IMG/VR virus record: IMGVR_UViG_3300024515_000033
Coordinates: 1-30,271 of that record
Origin: a virus
Taxonomy: Duplodnaviria > Caudoviricetes
DNA: 30,271 bases
Strand: one strand, 5' to 3'
Shown: in pieces, positions 6,718 through 16,965 of the stretch
Numbering within the stretch: position 1 is the first letter of the stretch
Layout: every line of letters begins with the position of its first letter
Notes under the pieces: model-generated
The model's input: the letters and a program-made list of their open reading frames with translations, nothing else
Database searches by the model: none
Told to the model about the DNA's origin: nothing
Position numbers and translations under genes: made by a program

Positions 6718-7596
6718 TCAAGCAAAAGTTGCTGTGCCTGTGCCAGCCGTCACAGTCGTTGTTTTGTAGCCGCCGCTTGATGCCGTAGAACCCGTCAAGC
6801 CGCCGCTCAGAGTAATCGTCAATGTGTCAGGGTATTTGATAACAACAACACCCGAACCGCCGCTGCCGCCGTTTCTGAAACCACCATCATAGCCGCCGCC
6901 GCCGCCCCCGCCCCCGGTGTTGGCAGTTCCATTGTTGCCTGGCCCGTTGGTCGTTGCTCCACCGCCGCCCGTTCCTGCTGTGCCTGGACTGTAATTTCTA
7001 GTGTCCGAACCACCACCGCCGCCGCCAGCATAAGTGCTGCCTGTAATTGTGGAAGTGCTGCCATTGCCACCGCTGCCCGCACCGCCTGCACCGCCCGATG
7101 TGCCAACAGCCGACGCACCACCGCCGCCACCTTGTTGAATCGTGCCGCTTTTAAGGCCGGTGTTTGCGCCACCGTTATTGCCTTGACTTGGGCTAGTTGA
7201 AGGCGTGTTTCCAGCACCACCTGCGCCGTTTGTGGTCGGACTGTCACCATACGCGCCGCCGCCACCAGAGCCGCCATCCCCGCCGTTGGCAATAGCCGCG
7301 CTCGTTCCGGAAGCATACGAACCGCCGCCACCACCGCCCGCCGATGTGATGGTATTGAATACAGAATTAGAGCCTGATCCAGCGCGAAGGCTTGCGCCGT
7401 TCGTTGTGCCGCCTGCTCCTACTGTTACTGTGTAAGCAATGCCAGCGAGCAATGATTGCGATAGCAGTTCTCTGAATCCACCCGCACCACCACCGCCGCC
7501 AGTATTGCCGCCAGCACCACCTCCAGCCACTACCAATACATCAGCCGAAAAAGACCTCGCGCCCCCTGCCAACAAAAAATTTTTAGCTGCGAACAT
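6718..7596 (-). CDS. Glycine-rich tail fibre/receptor-binding protein
   Basis: VLVVAGGG.GG...GGSGGSGVVVIKYP glycine-rich domain in tail region. Confidence 0.75.
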   Translation of the reverse strand: MFAAKNFLLAGGARSFSADVLVVAGGGAGGNTGGGGGAGGFRELLSQSLLAGIAYTVTVGAGGTTNGASLRAGSGSNSVFNTITSAGGGGGGSYASGTSAAIANGGDGGSGGGGAYGDSPTTNGAGGAGNTPSTSPSQGNNGGANTGLKSGTIQQGGGGGASAVGTSGGAGGAGSGGNGSTSTITGSTYAGGGGGGSDTRNYSPGTAGTGGGGATTNGPGNNGTANTGGGGGGGGYDGGFRNGGSGGSGVVVIKYPDTLTITLSGGLTGSTASSGGYKTTTVTAGTGTATFA

Positions 7597-8582
7597 TAGG
7601 GTGTATATCCTTGAGCGATGCTGCCGTACCAGTTCGTTCCGTCAGCGATGAAGGTCAGAATGTCCATTTTTCCGGCTGTTGCGGTAATCGTCGGAGCGCC
7701 AGCAGTTCCCCACTTCACGCCGGTAAACGTAGCAGTACCGTTACCAGTTGAAGCTGCTTGTTTGAGCAACAAGACAAAAGACTTACCAGCGGTTGCTGTG
7801 GGCATCGTGAACGTGCAAGCCGTCGAAGCGGTAAGCGTCGCGGTTTGAACCGTGCCATTTGTCAAAGCGATAGTGTTGGACGATGTAACCGTACCAATCG
7901 CAACCACGCTTTCGACGTAGTTAGTAACGGTCGGATTGTTGACGGTTGGGCTAGTGTCCAGCACCATCTTGCCTGTGCCCGTAACCGCGTTAGTTAGCGT
8001 CACGCCGCCATAGGTCAGAGTCCCGCCGATCGTCTCGTTGCCTGAGACATTTAGATTCGTGAAGCTGTTACCGTTCAGCAGTTGGAATCGAGTGCCATCG
8101 TATTCAATCAGCACCACTTGACCAGCCACCATGTCGCCAGCCACTAGCGCAGTTGATCCGGTGCGAGTGATAGACTTTGAACCTACGCCGTCAATGTTGA
8201 TCGTTACCGCGCCGGTGTTGGTGTTGGCAACCACAAATGAAAATTGATTGCCAGCAGCATAAGCCGTTAACGCAGGGGTCAATGATCCGGTAAGCGTGTC
8301 AGTACCCGTCACCGTGATGAGCTTGTCCGTCCCGCCTTGAATCTGCGAGTACCGAGCGGCATCCGTTCCAACCGTTGCAGCACCAAGACCTGTGATCTTG
8401 AATCCCGCCATCGGGATGTTGTTGGTAACAGTCGTTTGCCCGTCCTTAGTGATTGCGGTACTAAGTCCGTTCGCAAGGTCAGCCGTCAGCGAGTTAAACG
8501 CTGTCGAGCTAATAACTGTGCCTGCAACGACAGGTTGCCCCGCCGTGTTGATCTGAAAAGTCCCCGAACCGTTGTAGCTCAT
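7596..8582 (-). CDS. Tail fibre protein (proximal)
   Basis: MSYNGSGTF N-terminal anchor; T/G/A-rich beta repeats; start revised via ATGA overlap. Confidence 0.75.
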   Translation of the reverse strand: MSYNGSGTFQINTAGQPVVAGTVISSTAFNSLTADLANGLSTAITKDGQTTVTNNIPMAGFKITGLGAATVGTDAARYSQIQGGTDKLITVTGTDTLTGSLTPALTAYAAGNQFSFVVANTNTGAVTINIDGVGSKSITRTGSTALVAGDMVAGQVVLIEYDGTRFQLLNGNSFTNLNVSGNETIGGTLTYGGVTLTNAVTGTGKMVLDTSPTVNNPTVTNYVESVVAIGTVTSSNTIALTNGTVQTATLTASTACTFTMPTATAGKSFVLLLKQAASTGNGTATFTGVKWGTAGAPTITATAGKMDILTFIADGTNWYGSIAQGYTP

Positions 8583-10165
8583 TGTTGCGCTCCCTGTTGT
8601 TGCCACCGCTGAAGTTGTTGTGCAAGCCTTGCAGCATCTATTGGCGAAATTGGTGAGTTAGGTGCTTGTTGCCGTAATTGATCCGCTAACTTTGCTGCCC
8701 GACCTGTTGCATAAGTCATTTCTCCAATTGCCCGTGGAGACGCTAAAGCTAATCCAGGCAAATACATTGGATTGGTAAATGCTTGATTTGCGCCTGCTAG
8801 TGCCGATCCAATACCTTGCAAACTTCTTGGGGTAGGTGAACTTAATGCCTGTCCTGCAAGTTGCGGATATAAATTTTCTGCTCCTTGCGCTTCTAGCATT
8901 CTGCCTAATTCTTCACGTCTACCATAGTTGGTGTTTGCATTGTTTCGCATAATGGATTGCAGCTTGCGAACTTGCGTATCCACATTAGCGCGCGGATTCA
9001 TTGATAGCGTTTTTTCAACTTCGCGCAATAAATCACTAGCCAGTTGATAATCTTTCATTACATTGGCATAGTCCGGCGCTTGCTTAACAATTTGATTTTT
9101 TATTTCGTTGTAAACTTTTTGCGCTGCTGCGTGCGATGGCGTGCCAGGCGCACTTGAATCGACAATATCGCCAATTGATCGTTTAAGAGCATCCAATCCT
9201 TCAGCGGTATGAAATTCCGCAGGGTTTGAATTACGCCATTCGCTTACTTTGTCGTTAATTTTTTGCCATGTGTCAGCGGCACTTTCGTCGATTACTTTTC
9301 CTTTAAATGTGCCAAGTTTTTTGGTGTCTGCAACTGCGGTTTCTATAGGGTTGAAATCAAGAACTGTCACATCTTTTGTTACATTCCCCATGCCTTGACG
9401 ATACTGTGACGCACGTTCAGCCCGCATACGTTCAATCGCAGGCTTGACTGTTTCTATAACTTCATTGACGGGCGCTGTGCCACGCATTTGCGAAGTAAAC
9501 GCCGCTCCACGTTCGCCGCCTTGTTTGCCAGCTTGAAATGCCTCATTGATTGCCGTTGATCCTGCGCCTGTAGTAAACCCCAAGACCGGCGCAACTGCTT
9601 TGCTTGACGCTTGACCTGCTCGCAAAGCCAGCACTAACGGATCAATCGCTGCGCCCGCTCTTGTAGCAGCTTGTCCTGCCGCTGCCATGCCAGGCACACG
9701 CGATGCAATTGCACCGCCACCACTTAACACACCAGCAACATCACTAGCCACACCCGCAGGATCAGTTGCTAATGTGTTCTTTAATGCTTCTTCGCTGCCA
9801 TAGCGTTCTCTAAGCATTCCACCCGCTGCATTTGCAGCATTGACAGCGCGTTGCTGTGCTTGTGGATTGTTCTCAAAACGGTTGATGAAGTTTGCTATTG
9901 GAGCAGGTGTAATGTTTCGCAATGTACCTGCTGCAATGTCTGCTGCCCCGCTCAATGTTTGAACGGGGCTGGTAACAGCTTCAGCAAAATTGCTTAACAC
10001 GCTTCCGACGCTTCGAGGCAAATTTTTCAATGCTTGACCGGGAACATCTGCCCATGACATTTGCGGCTTCGGTTCAACAGGTTGTGCGTCTGCTCCCGTA
10101 ACTAATACATAACCTTCGGGCAGTTTGGTCTGTTCTACAAGTTCAAATCCCGGTGGCAAAGGCAT
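8579..10165 (-). CDS. Putative DNA ejection/internal virion protein
   Basis: 528 aa, Ala/Gln-rich helical; third of three genes between nozzle and fibres. Confidence 0.6.
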   Translation of the reverse strand: MPLPPGFELVEQTKLPEGYVLVTGADAQPVEPKPQMSWADVPGQALKNLPRSVGSVLSNFAEAVTSPVQTLSGAADIAAGTLRNITPAPIANFINRFENNPQAQQRAVNAANAAGGMLRERYGSEEALKNTLATDPAGVASDVAGVLSGGGAIASRVPGMAAAGQAATRAGAAIDPLVLALRAGQASSKAVAPVLGFTTGAGSTAINEAFQAGKQGGERGAAFTSQMRGTAPVNEVIETVKPAIERMRAERASQYRQGMGNVTKDVTVLDFNPIETAVADTKKLGTFKGKVIDESAADTWQKINDKVSEWRNSNPAEFHTAEGLDALKRSIGDIVDSSAPGTPSHAAAQKVYNEIKNQIVKQAPDYANVMKDYQLASDLLREVEKTLSMNPRANVDTQVRKLQSIMRNNANTNYGRREELGRMLEAQGAENLYPQLAGQALSSPTPRSLQGIGSALAGANQAFTNPMYLPGLALASPRAIGEMTYATGRAAKLADQLRQQAPNSPISPIDAARLAQQLQRWQQQGAQQ

Positions 10166-11719
10166 TTATCTTGCTCCTTGTACGGGTTGCCAAGTTTGCC
10201 CGCCATCGGTCGACATGATTTCTTGACCAGTAGAAGGATTTCTTGCTCGCATGGTTTGTTGCGCTTGCTGTCCTTGTGCTTTTGGCAACTCAATTTTTGG
10301 CTGTTTGTATACGGTTGCCAAATTGGTGTTTTGCCTATCAATGATGTTTCTCATTGTTTCAACTTGTTTGATCATTGCATCCGTTGAAATTGGCGCAGAT
10401 GCAATTGCTAATGGGTTGCTAATGATTTGTTCAAGGATTGCTTTATCAGGGCCATTCAACACACCAAGGTTATAAATTTCTTTAGCTTGCAGCAAAGCAT
10501 TTTGATATGCCGTACCAATTCTCGCGCGTTGATCAGGCTGCAAAGCTGTTGTTACAGTAAACCCTTTCAATTCATTTTGATATTTATTAAGCGCATCCGT
10601 CATGTTAAGCAATGCAGATGCTTGTTTTGAATAGGCTTCCGGCGCTTGTCGTGGTGCGCCCGCTAATTGCGTTCCTTGAGCGGTTGTAACCGGAGCAGAT
10701 GTAGCGTCTCTAGGATTAACAGCCACATAGCCGCCCTCTGATTGCACTATCTGCGGAGTTGGGTTTTGCGCTTGCCATTTCCGCAAATTGAACTCTTGGA
10801 TATTTAAGCCCAATTGTTGCGCTTGTTGTTTTGCTTGCTGTTGTTGTGCAGCAGAAAGGTTATAAAATGCTCGGTCAGCAAGTGCTTGTTGTTGAGCAAG
10901 CGATGCGAAAGTATCGGGCGAAACAGTTCTTTCAATTGAAGCATTGTTTTGCTCGTATCCTGTACGAGGAATCATTGAGCCACCAATGTTAATGTATTCT
11001 GTTTTAGCGCCTACTTCACCACCAAGACGGAAAGTAGCAACTGGATCGGGTGCATTTATATCGACAAAACCAACACGTTTGCCACCTGATGCTGTTGGCA
11101 GTTCTACTTTTTCCCACTTCACTTCTTTGGGCTTAACCATTTGTGCAAGCAACGCACCGCCAGCAGATTGCACCATCGGGTTAATTGATCCCATTGACAT
11201 TTCAAGAGCTCGGGCAAGGTCAGGGCCAACAGCAGCACGCGCAGGCACACCTCGCTGCGCTGGAACTGTCAGTTCCGGCATTTGTCCCATATCCATCGTT
11301 GCGCGTTGCTGCACGTTTACATCATTCAACAGGCGAGGATTGTCCTCAATGTCAATTGCGGTCGGAATAAATTTTTGTTCCGGCACGCCCTCAGTCCCTT
11401 CGACAGCGGGAGTGCCACGCAAAGCCCGCATAAATTGCGTGCCTTCTTCTGCGGATTGCGTGCGGTACTTTTCGCCCAATGCTTTCTGCTCTTGCAGAAT
11501 GTCGCGTTGCGTCTTGCCAGCCATATACCCTTGCAAAACCTTCGCAAGCCCCGTAAGCGGCGAAGTCCTCGCCTGTATGCCGCCGTAGCTAAATGTTTCG
11601 GCGGGCTGGAAAGCCTGTTGTTGCATGATCTCAGCCATGCGCTGCCGACGCGCCATATCAGCCAATTCAGCTTGGTATGGGCTTTGCAATGTAAAATTTA
11701 TTGCTTGATTTTCAGCCAT
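10166..11719 (-). CDS. Putative DNA ejection/internal virion protein
   Basis: 517 aa, Gln/Ala-rich; podovirus synteny. Confidence 0.6.
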   Translation of the reverse strand: MAENQAINFTLQSPYQAELADMARRQRMAEIMQQQAFQPAETFSYGGIQARTSPLTGLAKVLQGYMAGKTQRDILQEQKALGEKYRTQSAEEGTQFMRALRGTPAVEGTEGVPEQKFIPTAIDIEDNPRLLNDVNVQQRATMDMGQMPELTVPAQRGVPARAAVGPDLARALEMSMGSINPMVQSAGGALLAQMVKPKEVKWEKVELPTASGGKRVGFVDINAPDPVATFRLGGEVGAKTEYINIGGSMIPRTGYEQNNASIERTVSPDTFASLAQQQALADRAFYNLSAAQQQQAKQQAQQLGLNIQEFNLRKWQAQNPTPQIVQSEGGYVAVNPRDATSAPVTTAQGTQLAGAPRQAPEAYSKQASALLNMTDALNKYQNELKGFTVTTALQPDQRARIGTAYQNALLQAKEIYNLGVLNGPDKAILEQIISNPLAIASAPISTDAMIKQVETMRNIIDRQNTNLATVYKQPKIELPKAQGQQAQQTMRARNPSTGQEIMSTDGGQTWQPVQGAR

Positions 11720-11722
11720 TTT

Positions 11723-12694
11723 TTATGCCACCCCGCCAAATAAACCTTTGATTGCTGTCGGATTGTATGCGTATGCACCAAGACCTGCGCCTAGCAAACT
11801 TCCAAGGCCCGACATATTTGCATTTTGCTGCGCTGCATTGATGCCGTATTGAGTCAAAGCATTTTGGTTTGCAGCTTGAGCGCCAGCAAAGATCGGGGCG
11901 GGTGCAACTTGTGCAGGCTGATAGCCTTGGAACTGCGGCATCTGAATTTGCGAACCGGACAGCAACCCAGTAATTTCGTTTAACGGGCCTTGACGCTCTG
12001 CAAGCTGTCTTTGTCTTTCTTGCAAATCCGCTGCATTTTGCGCCGACATTTGCGCTTGCTGTTCGTTGAATCCTTGCGCCCGCGCTCCGGTGTCAAGGCT
12101 AATACCCTGCAAAGCCGCTTGGCTCAATAGATCGTTGCGGTTTTGCGCTGCTTGCGTTTGTGCCGTCCTGTAAGCCTCTGATCCTGGCGTAATGCCCTGA
12201 TTGGCAAGCTGATTTTCCATCGCGGCTTGTTGGCGTTGCAGTTGCGGCTCTAACCGCGCCATAATCGCTTGCTGCCCCGTCATTCCTGCATTGACCGGCA
12301 TTTGCGCGAGATTGGACAAATCAAGACGGGTTTGCAGCGGGCCTGCTGCCGTTCCGCTTGGAGTAAACGGCTTGTTCAGCACATCTTGTGCGGTTGTCGC
12401 GCCCGTTTCGCCCAATCTTGCCAATAGCTGCTGCACCCTTTGCTGAGTGTCAAAAGTTGTTTGCGCCGTTGGCGTAAATGTTTGTTTGACTGTCGGCTGG
12501 TTAGTAGTCGGATCAAATGTGACAAGCTGCGTTCCAGCGGGTGTGTATATATTTGGGTTGTTGATGTAACCCTGTTTGATCGCTGTTTCTACGTTAGCCG
12601 CGCCTTGCGCTTTAGCTGCCGCAGTTGGGTCATAAGTTTGAACAGGGGTGGATTGTTGCCCGCCGCCAAATATCGTTTCGACAAGTTTAGCCAT
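11723..12694 (-). CDS. Putative DNA ejection/pilot protein
   Basis: 323 aa, Q/A/N-rich; C-terminal GLGSLLGAGLGA hydrophobic glycine segment. Confidence 0.6.
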   Translation of the reverse strand: MAKLVETIFGGGQQSTPVQTYDPTAAAKAQGAANVETAIKQGYINNPNIYTPAGTQLVTFDPTTNQPTVKQTFTPTAQTTFDTQQRVQQLLARLGETGATTAQDVLNKPFTPSGTAAGPLQTRLDLSNLAQMPVNAGMTGQQAIMARLEPQLQRQQAAMENQLANQGITPGSEAYRTAQTQAAQNRNDLLSQAALQGISLDTGARAQGFNEQQAQMSAQNAADLQERQRQLAERQGPLNEITGLLSGSQIQMPQFQGYQPAQVAPAPIFAGAQAANQNALTQYGINAAQQNANMSGLGSLLGAGLGAYAYNPTAIKGLFGGVA

Positions 12695-13115
12695 GAACTT
12701 TCTCCAATTCCTGACGCATCCACTTTTGAGCGTCTTTTTTCATCAATCCATAAATGCACACATCGCCATTTTCATGTGCATTACGCATAACGCCTTCCAA
12801 CTTAAAACCCATGTGATTCGCAAATCGCCGTGACTTTTTGTTGCTCTTGAGGATCGTTCCTGTAATTCGCTTGCATTGCAACTGCTCAAACGCATAACGC
12901 ACAATTGCATCCATGAAACCCCTGCTAATTCGTTCAGCAGCAATGTGCATCAAAATGTTCGGATGTTGGTAGCAATCAAACACCACACCAGCCACTAATT
13001 CCTCATTGCTGTTAAGCAATCCGATTGCAGAGTAGTTCTGCCATTCCTCGGTTTGCCCTTGCTTGCTTGCCACATAGCGCCCAATAAGTTCTTTCGGCTC
13101 GGTAATGATCTTCAT
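12687..13115 (-). CDS. GNAT-fold acetyltransferase-like virion assembly protein
   Basis: YAFEQL.CKRITG.I...N..S.RF..HMGFKLEGVMR RimJ/RimL-like pattern; start revised. Confidence 0.75.
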   Translation of the reverse strand: MKIITEPKELIGRYVASKQGQTEEWQNYSAIGLLNSNEELVAGVVFDCYQHPNILMHIAAERISRGFMDAIVRYAFEQLQCKRITGTILKSNKKSRRFANHMGFKLEGVMRNAHENGDVCIYGLMKKDAQKWMRQELEKVHG

Positions 13116-14677
13116 ATACCAGCCCAACCCGTTTGATACACCACGTCAGTCGATGCCCATTCAATCTGAATGCCGCTACTGGCGCTTTTTAGCTGAATTG
13201 CGCCGCAGTACCCAATGCCGGTGATGCCTTGCCAGTTGTTTGTGATCGTCGAATCCGATCCCCACACGCCAACATCCCACAAGGATGTGCCCCAAGTTGC
13301 ATAGGTCTGAGGGCTAAACGACAGCGCCGCCGTGGTGTCTTGAATGTCAAAATCGACGTTCATGCCGACAAAAATGCCCGGTTGCCCGTTGGTAAAAAGG
13401 CTAGGTCTTGCGCGAGTGAAATACTTCTTAACGCCGCGAGAACCGTAGTAATTAAACGCTTGCAGCGTATTGGCAGGGATGTTTGCAGCGTTGTCTTGGT
13501 AATCTAATGTCCATGCTTTGCCAACGAAGCCATTTCCGCCGAAGTAAGGATCATCGTTGTAGATTTCCCAACAATTAGCATTCCAACCGGTAAAGTTGCA
13601 CCATGCTTTTGTGATGTTGTTCATGACATACTGTTGTTGCTGCGATCCTTCGGACACCGGCACATTGACGAACAGCGCATTGTTTTTTGCGTTGTAAAGA
13701 ATCTGCCAACCAAAGTTGTTTTGGTAAGTCCTAGTCGCTTGTGCAAACGCGCCTTGAATCTTGTCTGATAACGCAATCCTCGGATCAAGCCGCGAACTCT
13801 GCACAGCAGAAGCAAGGGGGTAAAGACCGTCAAGCGTGAGGATCAACAGATCGCCCGAATACTTGAACATACACCGCTTGCCAATTGGCGTGCCTAGCTT
13901 CCATACGCCAATCAGCGCCCATGTCGATGCGCTTGCAGGGTCTGTGCCTCGATACGCAACGATCTCGCCTGTGCTGGTCACAAACACTAAATTGTCATCA
14001 GCACCATAGCCAGCATCAATCGTCCACGTTCCTACGGAAACAAGGTAGCCACCGAACCGACAGATAGAACTTAGGTCTAACTGTTCAGCAGCACCGCCGA
14101 TGGAGGAAGTCGGGAGATACCATGCCTTGAGGGTGTTTTTCTCAATGAACCAAACGCGGTTTTTGAACAGAGTCACATCGTCGAGCGAAGTCGTTGTAAC
14201 GCCCGTAATTGCGGGAGTCGATGCGCCTGTAATCGAAGTCCACGTTGTGCCGTTGTAAAGCAGGGGAGCGTCTACCCCGTTGGCGCAATACATATAAGAG
14301 CCGCCAGGGGTTGAAACGTTGACGTACTCCCACCGGCTGTTAGTCAGTCCTGAGACAGCAGCAGCGCCAACAGCACCGCCTGCGGTTACGTCGTAAATTT
14401 TGCCACCAGCAACCGCAAACAATTTTTCGGATGCACCGCCGGAATAATTAAACAGGCTTTCGACTTGTCCTGTAATGCCCGTTGCAAATTGCTGATAGCC
14501 GCCCCGCAAGTTGACGCTTGATACCGTCGGGAACATATTGGTTAGCTGGACAGCATCCGTCGGTTCCATGTTTGCCAAGGAATCGCGGGCATTCCAGCCA
14601 CCAATAGGCGCAGGCAAGGAAGCGACTTGCGCCGCTGTGCCTTGGATCATCATCCGACGGCGTGCGCTCGTTGCCAT
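13112..14677 (-). CDS. Tail nozzle/head-stabilisation protein (P22 gp10/T7 gp12 position)
   Basis: 521 aa, beta-rich; LPAP.GG.N N-terminus; synteny after adaptor. Confidence 0.7.
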   Translation of the reverse strand: MATSARRRMMIQGTAAQVASLPAPIGGWNARDSLANMEPTDAVQLTNMFPTVSSVNLRGGYQQFATGITGQVESLFNYSGGASEKLFAVAGGKIYDVTAGGAVGAAAVSGLTNSRWEYVNVSTPGGSYMYCANGVDAPLLYNGTTWTSITGASTPAITGVTTTSLDDVTLFKNRVWFIEKNTLKAWYLPTSSIGGAAEQLDLSSICRFGGYLVSVGTWTIDAGYGADDNLVFVTSTGEIVAYRGTDPASASTWALIGVWKLGTPIGKRCMFKYSGDLLILTLDGLYPLASAVQSSRLDPRIALSDKIQGAFAQATRTYQNNFGWQILYNAKNNALFVNVPVSEGSQQQQYVMNNITKAWCNFTGWNANCWEIYNDDPYFGGNGFVGKAWTLDYQDNAANIPANTLQAFNYYGSRGVKKYFTRARPSLFTNGQPGIFVGMNVDFDIQDTTAALSFSPQTYATWGTSLWDVGVWGSDSTITNNWQGITGIGYCGAIQLKSASSGIQIEWASTDVVYQTGWAGI

Positions 14678-15585
14678 CAGTTTGTTCCGTAGCCGCTATC
14701 GGGAATGTTGTCGTAGCCGATGAGAACTGTGCCAGGACGCGGAGCAAGGGACAAGTTAGCGGAGGACATATCCAGCGCCTTCGCTGCTTCCAACTCGGTC
14801 AGATAGTTACGCATCATCGCTGTGGTATCAAAGCCTTTAGCCTCAAAATACTTTAGCTTTGTAGCGTTGACCATCAGCCGGTCGGGATAGATACAGGTGT
14901 CGGTGTCGGCAGTAAATGAATTCTTGACAGTCCCATCCGCAGCTTGCGCCCATCCTTTGCTGCGGTACTCAAAGCCAAGGTATTCAGCCGTAGACATACC
15001 GGGCCAAATCTGAAAGTACGCACCAAGCAAACGCCAACGGATACGCGGGCCGGTTGAGATATAGCCCGACAGCAACCATTCCCATTGCTGTGCATCTTCA
15101 GGCCCAAGCATTTCCCAATGTTTGGATTTATCCCACATCGTGCGCGGGACGAGGCTTTCGTAATCGCTCGGGAGCGAATACTTGATTTTTTGAAAGTAAG
15201 CAGTAGCACCAGCGGCACTTGCAGCAAAGTCCTGATTGACTGTGACTTGCGTACCTGAGTCAACCGAAACGATGTAGGTGTTCTGATTGATGCCTGTGCC
15301 TTGAACCTGATACGTCGTATCAAGCCCCGCAGTCGATGCCATCGTGATCGTGCGGGCTGCGGTCGTCCAAGTGCCTGTGGTGGTTATGTATTGCGTATAA
15401 AACGCGTGCGGTTTAGTCAATTCCCGCCAAGCGTGACGGCGCAGAAACTCGTATCCGTTCGCGTTCATTAACGCGAGAATTTGAATTACGTCCTGATTCG
15501 TGTTGCCTGCTACGCTTGTCGGGGTTGCAACGCCAAGCTCGTTAGTTACTTGCTGCACTAACTCCAGCATCGTTGTCGTTGACAT
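14677..15585 (-). CDS. Head-tail adaptor/tail tubular protein A-like
   Basis: MLELVQQVTNELG N-terminus, YSLPSDY motif; synteny; start revised to 15585. Confidence 0.65.
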   Translation of the reverse strand: MSTTTMLELVQQVTNELGVATPTSVAGNTNQDVIQILALMNANGYEFLRRHAWRELTKPHAFYTQYITTTGTWTTAARTITMASTAGLDTTYQVQGTGINQNTYIVSVDSGTQVTVNQDFAASAAGATAYFQKIKYSLPSDYESLVPRTMWDKSKHWEMLGPEDAQQWEWLLSGYISTGPRIRWRLLGAYFQIWPGMSTAEYLGFEYRSKGWAQAADGTVKNSFTADTDTCIYPDRLMVNATKLKYFEAKGFDTTAMMRNYLTELEAAKALDMSSANLSLAPRPGTVLIGYDNIPDSGYGTN

Positions 15586-16108
15586 TCTCTTTCCTCGGTC
15601 GGCCAGGTTTGCGCTGCTCCAATAGCATCGCCATCTGCGCCTCAAGTTCTCTCAGTTTTGCGCGGGTTTCTTCCAACTCACCGCTAGAAACCTTTTGATT
15701 CTTGTTCAGCAAGTAATTCCGCGCACGTTCGCGCAATCCTACGCCACCCATGCCAATCCGTTGCAGCTGATTATCGCTTGCCGTGGCGACTTGTTCAACC
15801 GTCTGAAACTTGAGAATCTGCAACTCAGCCAGTTGGTTGTCGCTCAGTTCGTCGGGGCGGTCTTGAAACCAATCTTTCAGCGGCACGCCAATAACCGGGC
15901 CATCACCGCTTTGCATCTGAAAATGCAGCCATTGACGGGGAAACCGTTCTTTGTGGTCATCCCGCACCGGCTGGTCAATAATTGTGGTTTTGTCTCCTGG
16001 CACTACAATTCGCACAAACGGTTTTCCCTTGTAGGGGTCTTTTTCACAGTTGTAAAACTCAACATAAAGCTGCGAATCTGCATTGTTAATATCTGAATCG
16101 AGTGCCAT
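15542..16108 (-). CDS. Hypothetical head-module protein
   Basis: 188 aa with AGGAG SD; C-terminal coiled coil and KPGRPRK. Confidence 0.75.
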   Translation of the reverse strand: MALDSDINNADSQLYVEFYNCEKDPYKGKPFVRIVVPGDKTTIIDQPVRDDHKERFPRQWLHFQMQSGDGPVIGVPLKDWFQDRPDELSDNQLAELQILKFQTVEQVATASDNQLQRIGMGGVGLRERARNYLLNKNQKVSSGELEETRAKLRELEAQMAMLLEQRKPGRPRKENVNDNDAGVSAASN

Positions 16109-16126
16109 AACGTTCTCCTGTGGGGA

Positions 16127-16492
16127 TTAGGTTTTCGTGCCGTTGATGCTGTACCACATATTGTTACTGACTGCGAAAAAAATGCTTGTATGGTCTTTGC
16201 TGATACTTGCCGAAGTTGTCTGATTGATCGTAGTAGTTGATTCGTACGGGTAGACCTTGAGCGTGCTTGCACCGCTGTTCGCAATGTAAATCACCTCCCC
16301 CATTTCTGTCGGGGGAAGTTTTACGCCTGTTCCCGATGCCACCGTGTCCACCGAATTGAACACGCTTACCAATTGCGTTGCGTCGGTTCTTGTCGATCCC
16401 GCGGCTGTGATTTCGTCTTTGCCATCCCCGCAAATTGAAACGGTGGATAATTGACTAACACCCGAACCAAGAACCCGCGAAGGTATGCTCAT
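16127..16492 (-). CDS. Ser/Thr-rich putative virion protein
   Basis: 121 aa; GVKLP...IANSG...LKVYP beta-rich pattern; ATGA overlap. Confidence 0.6.
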   Translation of the reverse strand: MSIPSRVLGSGVSQLSTVSICGDGKDEITAAGSTRTDATQLVSVFNSVDTVASGTGVKLPPTEMGEVIYIANSGASTLKVYPYESTTTINQTTSASISKDHTSIFFAVSNNMWYSINGTKT

Positions 16493-16965
16493 TTGAATCC
16501 TAAAACGCGCAAATCTCGCTGCGGAATATGAAAAAAAGGTTCTTCAAATCGCACATTCTGAAAACCTGCTTCGGTCAACAACGCACCGATTTCAGCTTTA
16601 GAGTAACACCAATGATGCCGCATCGTATCAGGTTCGGGCATTCCGAACAATGCTCGCCCAATCAAGTCATCATGCCGATAGCCCGCATTCCACAAGGCAA
16701 TCACATTATCAAGACACGGCATCTCAAGCGATAACTGACCGCCTGGCTTCAGCACCCGCCGCCATTCCTGTAAGGTTTGTTTCACCTTCAGGCGTTCGAT
16801 ATGCTCAAACAGGTGGATAGCGGAAATCTCATCGGCATGGTCATCCGGCAAGTCAAGTTTCGTTACATCGGACAGCAAATCCTGATCCCCGACGCAATCG
16901 ACGTTGATCCAGCCAGGCCATGATCGATCCCCCGCCCCTAAATGGAGTCGAATAGCGTATCCCAT
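16489..16965 (-). CDS. Class I SAM-dependent methyltransferase
   Basis: LHLGAG motif I, D.I.AIHLFEHI and WRRVLKPGG motifs. Confidence 0.88.
   Translation of the reverse strand: MGYAIRLHLGAGDRSWPGWINVDCVGDQDLLSDVTKLDLPDDHADEISAIHLFEHIERLKVKQTLQEWRRVLKPGGQLSLEMPCLDNVIALWNAGYRHDDLIGRALFGMPEPDTMRHHWCYSKAEIGALLTEAGFQNVRFEEPFFHIPQRDLRVLGFK

Noticed and set aside
6860-7530. (CCG/CCA)n-like repeats as tandem repeat, CRISPR or DGR
   Set aside because: Explained by poly-Gly codons; no repeat-spacer pattern, no template/variable repeat pair and no reverse transcriptase in the window
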